Assembly (NCBI RefSeq): GCF_001194135.2
Contig: NC_068985.1
Span: 50,800,105-50,832,222, forward strand
Source: Octopus bimaculoides
Lineage: Eukaryota
Length of the DNA: 32,118 nucleotides
Reading direction: 5' to 3'
Within the stretch, counting starts at the first letter, position 1. Each line of letters starts with the position of its first letter. Of this stretch, positions 24,530 through 32,118 are shown one piece after another. The notes beneath the pieces were generated by a model. That model searched no databases. It saw only the letters and a list, made by a program, of their open reading frames with translations, and was not told the DNA's origin. The position numbers were made by a program, and so were the translations under genes.

Positions 24530-24748
24530 AAGGTGAGCTGGCGGAACCGTTAGCACACTGGGCGAAATGCTTAGCGGTAGTTCGTCTGTTTTTACGTTCT
24601 GAGTTCAAATTCCGCCAAGGTTTACTTTGCCGTTCATCCTTTAGGGGTCGATAAATTAAGTATCAGTTGCGTACTGAGGTCGATCTAATCGACTGACCCC
24701 AACTCCCCAAAAATTTCGGGCCTTGTAACTAGGGTAGAAAAGAATTAT
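24530..24748 (+). mobile_element. tRNA-derived SINE (family 1), near full length
   Basis: A-box-like TGGCGGAACCG, B box GTTCAAATTCC (24603-24613), central GGGGTCGATAAATTAAGTATCAG, tail GTAGAAAAGAATTAT. Confidence 0.85.
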
Positions 24749-24870
24749 AGTTCTCTTCAAATATCCATCAATTCCGGGGAATAGGAACTGTTTAATATAT
24801 TTCTGTGGCCATTCTGGCATTGCATTTTGAATTTTGTGGAAAAATTCGAACTGTTTTTAAAGTCGTTTTA

Positions 24871-26196
24871 GACTTAGTTTTTGTTAGGGAGGGCGAAGGT
24901 GGTGCAGATGTTTATAGCATCAGTAATCACCCACCGTCTGATCGTGGTGTCTTGCCCCGATTTGTGACTGAACAAGTTGGAGAGAATCCTTCTCCGCTTT
25001 TTGTGAAAGGGAGGAAAGCCACTTGTGAAGCGCTCTGTCTACTGCCAGAAATCCCTAAAGGGTGGGCGAGTGATGCNNNNNNNNNNNNNNNNNNNNNNNN
25101 NNNNNNNNNNNNNNNNNNNNNNNNNNNNNNNNNNGGATGGCGAGCAGGTGTGGTCAACGCATGTCCGGTTCTATCTTCCGTAGTTAACGTCCTTAACGGA
25201 CATTGGTACATGGATCAAGCAGAGACCTAGGCTGGGGTACTGGCAATTGGAGTGCCGTCAGGCACTTCAGTTGCTCTCTCGGGCGGGCAATGCCGGCAGC
25301 AGGAGTTCCACTGCGGATTTTTATAGCGGGTTAGTGGAGATTACGTCCGAAGACGTCTTGGAGGAAACCATGGGATACGATGAAAATCAGTTGATCAACC
25401 TGTTCAGGAGAGCTTTCGGGCCGGGGTATCTGGATAATTACCAGAAATCTCTGGCTTGGCAGTGCTTCCGTGCGGCGTTACCTGTTCGCGATAAACTGTC
25501 AAGGCACGGAAGTGCCGACTCGCGGACATGTCCGAGGTGCGGGCAGGATAGGGAAACCGTCTTGCACGCATTTGTGGAGTGTCCGGAATTAACGGGACTG
25601 ATAGCTTTCACAGAACAACTGTTGTCATCGATGAGAAAAGTACAGCTATCGGCTGAGTCTATCATCGAGATTGTGCCGCCTCCTTCCCTCAACAGGTAAA
25701 GGAAGGCTTGCTTTTTCTGCGTAGTAGCCATACTGAAAGAAAGAGTATGGAAGACGCGTGTGAAAGGAATAGTGACTGGTACCTTTGTATCTGGCCAGGG
25801 GTTGGTTAACGTTTTTAGTTACCACCTCAGTAGTAAGATCAGACTGGAGAAGAGGTACCGCCACGAGAAGGATTCGAGAAAAGATGGAAGCTTGTGGCAA
25901 GAAAGCTGGGAGTGATTGGCACCAAGTAAGTGGAGCCCCGGAAAAAAAAGCAAAGGTTCTACGCTAGTGGTCGGGTGTTTCTCCTTCAGGAGATACATTG
26001 CATCTGGCAATGTGATATCATCGAACTTTTAAATTTTTACTGTAATTTTAATCGTAATTTATCATTTATATATATAAAAAAAAAGAACTTTTAAATTGTA
26101 GCAGCTTCTTCACCATTTTACGTTTGTCTGTCCTTGTTTGTCCCCTCTTTGTAATGCTTGTATTGCAAATATTTATGAAATAAAGAAGCTTGCTTC
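24871..26196 (+). mobile_element. L1/Tx1-clade LINE, 5'-truncated ORF2 C-half and 3' UTR
   Basis: LLGRAKVVQMFIASVITHRL..KLERILLRFL*KGGKPLVKRS..KGG, then SLAWQCFRAALPVRDKL..TCPRCGQDRETVLHAFVEC (zf-RVT knuckle). Stop near 25927-25929. The UTR ends AATAAAGAAGCTTGCTTC. Confidence 0.85.
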
Positions 26197-26455
26197 CGGT
26201 ATTGCGTTTGTTAGTCGAACTGTTGCGACGTTTTCCCTCTTGTTTAATGGAGAGGCGTCGTGTTATGAGTTCTGATTCTTCCTCCGTCTTTATGTCGTCT
26301 GAGGAAGAAATGGTGAAATGTTTGAAGATTGACGAAGTAATGGAAACAAAACATTATGAAGCGGCAACGAAAGAAAAAAGCGAAGACGTAAGGCTGTAGG
26401 ATATAAGTAAATTCAAGGAAATGATTAAAAGGGAGAGGAACGAAGTGAAGGTGTG

Positions 26456-26486
<31 letters not shown>

Positions 26487-27914
26487 CGCCAAAGAAGTGT
26501 TAAAAGAAAAAAAATGAGAAAACAATAATTTACAGAACGCACTCGGTAGCAGCATGGAAGATTGAAATCATATCGATGGCTCAAATAGAAAAAGCACTTA
26601 GACCAATCTGGCAGAGGATTTCCTACCTTGCCAGAGGAAGAAAATTTGGAACGGTGGAGGTGCCGTTTCGGGAGGTTGCTACTGCTAGGCTCCACTCAGC
26701 AACACTGTTGAGAACTGATGAGGTGGTGCTTCTACACGTATACCTTGGGAGACGTGCATCTAGGGTTAGGATGGAAGACATACCCCCAGAAGTGGATGTA
26801 GCCTGACTGGTAGCTGCCGTACTGTTAGGCATGGAGGAGAAGGTGGTGGTCCTCCAGGCCACCAGAACACCCCACAGGAGCTGACAAGGGCAAAGCCTGG
26901 ACATGGTAGTACAGGTTGCCTCGGAAGATATCGAAAGTATGGTAGAGACTATTACGGTCGGTGACGTTACACTAAAAGTCAGAGTGGAAGAGAGGGTTCC
27001 GCGGTGCTATAAATGTGGCCTGAAAGGTCACATTAGAGCGGATTGTCCTCCATCACCTGTGAAGGCTAAGGAAAGACAAGAGAGGAAGATAGTAGCTGAT
27101 ACTCCACTGGCCGTGAAGGCTGAGGAGAAGCGTGAGAAGGGGTGTGAAACGGCACCACAGACGAAAACAAGTATCAGAAGGGGAGGTGAACACTAGCTGG
27201 GAAACGGTGGGAAAATGAGAAGGAAGAGGAGAAAGAGGACATACGTGGTAAAGGACGACCCCCCAACCCACACCTACTCTACCCCAACCACTCCCTACGA
27301 ACACCAACCCTCCCCATGCCCTGTCTGGCATAAACACAAGCGCAAACACACAGGAGCCTCAAATTTCCCCACTCCGGCTCTTGGATAAATTCGTAATATT
27401 ATAGAACAGTAAAAAGGAAGAACTTTGCAACGAGATAAAGACATGGGACAAAGCAATAGAAGTGGACGTAACAAAAGTGGGAGGGTGCCTGAGGACGTTT
27501 GCTGTGCAGTGGCAGACCCGAAATACCTCTCGAGATTAACGAATTACGAAGAAGAAATTGACTTCGATTGGTGGGCTACAAAAATGGACACCAGCAAAAT
27601 ACCGAAAAGAGTAAGTTATGCATACATTTTAAAGGGACTTGACACAGACATTTCCCAAAGAGGTGGAAACTAGCAGTTGCAAGTGTACTGTCAATGTTTG
27701 TATAAATTAATGTTTTAAAAAAAAAAGAAAAAAAAGGTTGTATTAACAGGTTCAATGAAGTCGCTTAGAGGTTGGGCCGAACGACTTCATTTCATCTTTC
27801 ATTATATTTAAATTCATCCTTTCCATTCGTTTTGTCTTTTTGTCCCCCACCTTATGCTGTCCCCTCTCTGCAAGGTCTTCATCGCCAATTTCATAAAATA
27901 AAGACGCTTGCTTC
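26197..27914 (+). mobile_element. ORF1-only L1/Tx1-related element (HAL1-like), pseudogenised
   Basis: ATG at 26247, with an ORF1-like reading broken by stops, frameshifts and a (GT)n insert. RRM-like region, then Gag knuckle CYKCGLKGHIRADC (27005-27046). The last ORF ends at 27673, no ORF2 follows, and the 3' end 27858-27914 is 45/58 identical to 26139-26196. Confidence 0.7.
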
Positions 27915-27981
27915 TGTAGGGAGTCAAGGCAGCCATATTTCGTTACCGCGGATTAACACAGTTGTGCTTTGGCAACGGCAG

Positions 27982-28077
27982 CCAATCAGAGCTAGTTGTG
28001 TACCTATAAAAGCAGCTGTCCTCAGAACAGCAGGCGTGCCTTTTGACAGTCAGTCAGCAGAAGACCTTGACGCCATG
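27982..28077 (+). promoter_or_regulatory. Candidate Pol II core promoter (CCAAT, TATA, Inr-like, Kozak-like ATG)
   Basis: GCCAATCAG (CCAAT at 27982-27986), TATAAAA (28005-28011), TCAGTC near 28050, GCCATG (ATG at 28075). Confidence 0.35.
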
Positions 28078-28380
28078 ACCGTCAGCGAACAGACTTACAT
28101 CCTTAGCACTGCAAACTTCTAACCTACTTGTGCAATTGTAAATTTCTATGGCTTCCCTCTGATTCCTACGTATATGCGCTCACTTTGCTCAGCACTTGTC
28201 AACAATCCCAAATAAATTACTACGCTCTATTAACAAGCATGCCTCCTGACATCTATTTGTACAGACAATTATTTTTCATGTTATATTGGGAGATTGTTAC
28301 ATTCGAACACGCGACAACCAACTTCGTTACATTTAAAATTTATTAGATTTCGAACTCTTTAAAACATTGAACCCGTTTCA

Positions 28381-28487
28381 CTTCCCAACCACATAGTTCA
28401 GGGTTCAGTCCTACTGCATGGCACCTTGGGTGGGTGTCTACTATAGCCCCTGTCCTACCAAGGCCTTGTGAGTGGATCTGGTAAACA
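28381..28487 (+). mobile_element. SINE family 2, 5' part (tRNA-related head)
   Basis: CCAACCACATAGTTCAGGGTTCAGTCCTACTGCATGGCACCTTGGG..GCCTTGTGAGTGGATCTGG with B-box-like GGTTCAGTCC. Confidence 0.6.
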
Positions 28488-28719
28488 TTATATATACATA
28501 TATAACATAAATAATATAGAATTATATGCATATATCCATACATATATGTACATACCGACTTCTATATGTATACATACAAGCATATATGGGTACAGGACAT
28601 CACAAAAAACGTTAAACACAATGAGAAACGAAAACATAAAGACGAAGACAGAAAACGAACTTTTTTTTGAACAACGAAAAAAACAAAGAGAAACGAGACA
28701 TACAACATAAAGAATATTA

Positions 28720-28810
28720 CCCTTCTTCAGTTGTCCTTGCTCCATCTACTCCGCGTTTCGAAGGCAAGGACAATACGCGACTTCGTTGGAGAAGTCCTTC
28801 CCTCAGGAGT
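28720..28810 (-). ncRNA. Hammerhead-ribozyme-like motif, probably part of a Penelope-like pseudo-LTR
   Basis: The minus strand carries CUGAAGA (28730-28724), GAAAC (28759-28755) and cleavage triplet GUA (28776-28774). A 10-bp stem I pairs 28731-28740 with 28764-28773, and a 5-bp stem III pairs ACGCG with CGCGU. Confidence 0.55.
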
Positions 28811-29223
28811 TTCTACAATTTACTCCGGGTTAAAGACAGAAAAAAGAAACGTTGAACGGCGAGCGCTAAAATTCAAAACGGTTAAAGTGTATATAAAAAT
28901 ACAAAGAGTTATTATAGTAGTAAATTAATATATTATGATATATTAAATACATTATAATATAGGTGGCTATAACAATTAAAACCAAAAAGGCAATATTCTT
29001 AAATGAGGGTGCAAAACAGCACTTACAATTGCTACAAACAAGAGCTATATATGCAAACACAAGGAAAGCAAAGACTGAAGGTTTACAGATGATAAATATT
29101 TAAGTATATCTATATATTTATACTTAAATATTTTGTATATCAAACCCAAGGTGTTATATTTAATTTGCTAATCCGCATAATTCTCTTTCTCTCTTTCTCC
29201 TTATGTGTGTGTGTGTGTGTGTA

Positions 29224-30488
29224 TCAGGTCATTAAGAATGAAATGTCCGATTTTCTTATGCACCAAGTTTGACAGTCGTTAACGCTAATGTTTTATCCTG
29301 GCAATTCTTTGTTTTACAACATTGAAGAGTTACATCATCACTTTTCGAAATGCAATTCATAGTATCTGATTATATTGTGAATTTTCTCTTGTAAATCAAT
29401 TTTTATGAACCCATGGATAGATCAAAAACTCGAGTTGTTTATGAACATGAGTTCCGTCATGGAACCAATGCATCTCAGACAGCTCTAAACATCAATGAGG
29501 TGTTTAGTGAAGATGTGGTGAATGAACGCGCTGTACGTTGATTGTTGGAGAAGTTCCGGCCTGGTGACTTTACTTTTGAAAATAAGCCCCATGGTAGACT
29601 AAGGTGGATAAAGATGAGCTGGAAACTGTAGTGGAAGCGAATACATCTCAAAGTACGCGTGATTTAGCAACAAAGTTTGATGTTTCAATTCCAATTGTAT
29701 TAGACCATCTGAAACAAATCGGCAAGGTAAAGAAGCTGGACAAGTGGGTACCACACGAGCTGAACGAGCATCAATCGACAGGTTGTCTTGAAACTTGCTG
29801 TTCTTTGCTGTCACAGCATAAAAGCGAACCATTTTTGCATCGTATTGTTACGTGTGATGAAAAATGGATTCTTTTCACCGTTCTGAGCGGTGGTTGGATA
29901 GAGACGAAGTGCCAAAACACAATCCAAAAAAGCATATTCACCAAAAAAAAGTTAATAGTGTCTGTTTGGCGATTAAGCGCTGGTGTCATCCACTGCAGCT
30001 GCATGAGACCAGGAAAGTCAATTACAATGGATGTATACATCAACTAATTGGATGAAATGATGAATGAACTTGCAATTAAACAACTGAAATGGGTCAACAG
30101 AGACAGGCCAATTCTCTTGCAGGACAATGTTCGACCACATGTTTCACAAAGAATGCTACTCAAGTTACAGGAATTTAACTTGGAAGTACTCTGTCATCTA
30201 CCATATTCACCAGACCTTGCACCAACTGACTATTACGTTTTCCAGGCATTAGACAACATTTTGCAACGAAAAGGACTTCAAATCTGAAGAAGCAAAAGCA
30301 GCCTTTCGTGATTTCATCACCTCTTGCTCTCCAGAATTCTTCACTGCCGGCATAAATAAGTTACCGATAAAATGGCAAAATTGTGTTGATAATTTAGGTG
30401 CATACTTTGATTAACTGCATTGCTTTTTCTTGAGATAAAGTAAAATAAACTTTCAGTTCAAAATTGTACATTTCATTCTTAATGACCT
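29224..30488 (+). mobile_element. Mariner transposon (Hsmar1/SETMAR-like), near full length, pseudogenised
   Basis: Left TIR TCAGGTCATTAAGAATGAAATGTCCGATTTT follows a TA; matching right TIR at 30460-30488. Transposase runs 29413-30414 with WVPHEL, TCDEKW, QDNVRPH and YSPDLAPTDY; carries stops and frameshifts. Confidence 0.93.
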
Positions 30489-30527
30489 NNNNNNNNNNNN
30501 NNNNNNNNNNNNNNNNNNNNNNNNNNN

Positions 30528-30572
<45 letters not shown>

Positions 30573-31852
30573 AGTGGTAGGATCAATAAGTATCCGGGCT
30601 GTTGCCATAGTAACGAAGCTAAAGCACGCAGAGTGAAGCCGTTTAGCACAGATTGACCTTGAACTCTGTTGTGCGCACACACTAAGTTTTAATATTATAG
30701 CTCACTTCCGCTGTTTACAGCCGTGCTTGGAATGAGGTGTGTAGCGTGTGATCGTTGCATTGATCATGACAGAGAAAGCTGAGCAGAGAATCTGCATCAA
30801 ATTATCGCCAAAACATGGCGATATCTGCTGAGAGACCAACGTAAAGTTGCAGAAAGTGTATGGAGAGGAGTGTATGAGACGCACACTTGTGTAGGAGTGG
30901 TTCAGACGTTTCCAAGATAGCCGAAAAAATGTCGGTAGTGACGAACGTACTGGGTGACCCGCAACCAGCAGAACTGAAAAACACATCGCAGATGCTCGCG
31001 CAGCCGTAAGGGAAATCGTCGAATCACCATCCGTAAATCCTCAAAGGATCTGCAGTTTGGTTACGATTCAGTTCATTATCACTAACGATTTGGGTGTGAG
31101 ACGCGTGTCTACCAAGTTTGGGTCAAAACTGCTTTCAGCTGACCAAAAAGACTCGGGTTTCAGTTGCACAAGATCTCTTTGATTGTGTCGAGAACGATGA
31201 AAACTTTTTGAAAACGGTCATAACGGGTGATGAATTCAGGGTCTATATCTATGACCCCGAAACAAAGGCTCGGTCTTCGCAGTGGAAGACCCCCAACCTC
31301 TCTGAGACCGAAGAAAGCACGAATGAATCGAAGCAATGTGAAGACACTGTTGACCGTTTTCTTCGACTACAAGGGGATTGTTCATTATGAGTATGCTCCG
31401 CCTGGTCAGACAGCAAACAAGGAGTACAACCGTGACGTTTTGCGGCGTTTGTGGGATGCTATTCGTCAGAAAAGGCCACAATTGCATGCGTCTGATGAAT
31501 GGCAATTACATCATGACAACGCACCTGCCCATTCAGCACAGCTTATGCAGCAGTTTTTGGCTAGACACAGCATTCCCCAGGTCCGACAGCTACCGTATTC
31601 CCCAGATCTCGCACCTTGCAACTTTTTCCTCTTTCCAAAAATCAAATCCCGCTTGAAAAGAAGAATGCGACGAGGCAGCTGCTGATTATCCCAAAAAACG
31701 AGTTCCAGGAAAGCTTCTATCAATGAAAACGGCGCTGAATTAAGTGTGTGGCTTCCGAAGGGGACTACTTTGAAGGCGATTAAATCTCAAACTGGAACGT
31801 GCTGTAGTTTTGTTTTTATAGCACCAGTCTGGGTATTTATTGATCAGCTCGT
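30573..31852 (+). mobile_element. Mariner transposon (second lineage, irritans-like motifs), near full length, pseudogenised
   Basis: TIR GATCAATAAGTATCCGGGCTG (30581-30601) matches the reverse complement of 31825-31845 at 17/21. Transposase runs 30766-31783: EQRICIK, RRVSTKF, ITGDE..YDPETK, LHHDNAPAH, YSPDLAPCNF. Confidence 0.92.
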
Positions 31853-32087
31853 CTGTGCGTATGTATATAAATATATATATAGCAATAAGAAAATGGAGGA
31901 GACTATGCGGTATCCTCCATTTTCTTATTGCTATATAAATTTAGGGTAAAATAACCCCCTATTACCCGCACCCACTTATTGAACTTGGTATAACACTAGT
32001 GTAACAATAATTGGGTACCCTCCCAGCAGTATATTGGATAGATACTATCCCTTAGTGGGTTGAAGCCTCAACCCCTAACTCTCTTGG

Positions 32088-32118
<31 letters not shown>

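Noticed and set aside
26188-26200. GCTTGCTTC junction as a U6 snRNA 5'-end target
   Set aside because: It resembles the U6 start for only 9 nt; neither occurrence continues with GGCAG(C/A)ACATATAC
26715-26722. CTGATGAG hammerhead core
   Set aside because: It lies inside ORF1 coding sequence with no properly placed GAAA or closing stems
26139-27914. LTR retrotransposon reading (Gag-like CCHC ORF between direct repeats)
   Set aside because: The repeats lack TG..CA ends, PBS and PPT, and the upstream repeat is the 3' UTR of an L1/Tx1 ORF2 copy

Overview
Eukaryotic, AT-rich, microsatellite-dense draft-assembly window with seven N gaps. The SINE families resemble cephalopod (Octopus-type) repeats; this is from recall, not a database search. 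No intact host gene is recognisable, and most long ORFs in the track are microsatellite or N-gap artefacts. The window is mainly decayed transposable elements: (i) a same-strand cluster of at least five R4/Dong-type RT-RLE non-LTR fragments, most bounded by (ATAC)n (4.0-8.9 kb); (ii) a Penelope-like GIY-YIG remnant (13 kb); (iii) a hAT fragment followed by an RTE (Rex3/Expander-like) fragment (16.8-18.3 kb); (iv) a LINE 3' end fused to a Myb/SANT-like ORF (19.0-19.55 kb, minus strand); (v) an L1/Tx1 ORF2 3' half followed head-to-tail by an ORF1-only element with a homologous 3' end (24.9-27.9 kb); (vi) three mariner copies; (vii) several tRNA-derived SINEs. The most unusual signals are a hammerhead-ribozyme-like motif with non-standard strand order (28.72-28.81 kb, minus strand), the (ATAC)n-associated R4 array, the ORF1-only (HAL1-like) element and the Myb/SANT-LINE chimera.
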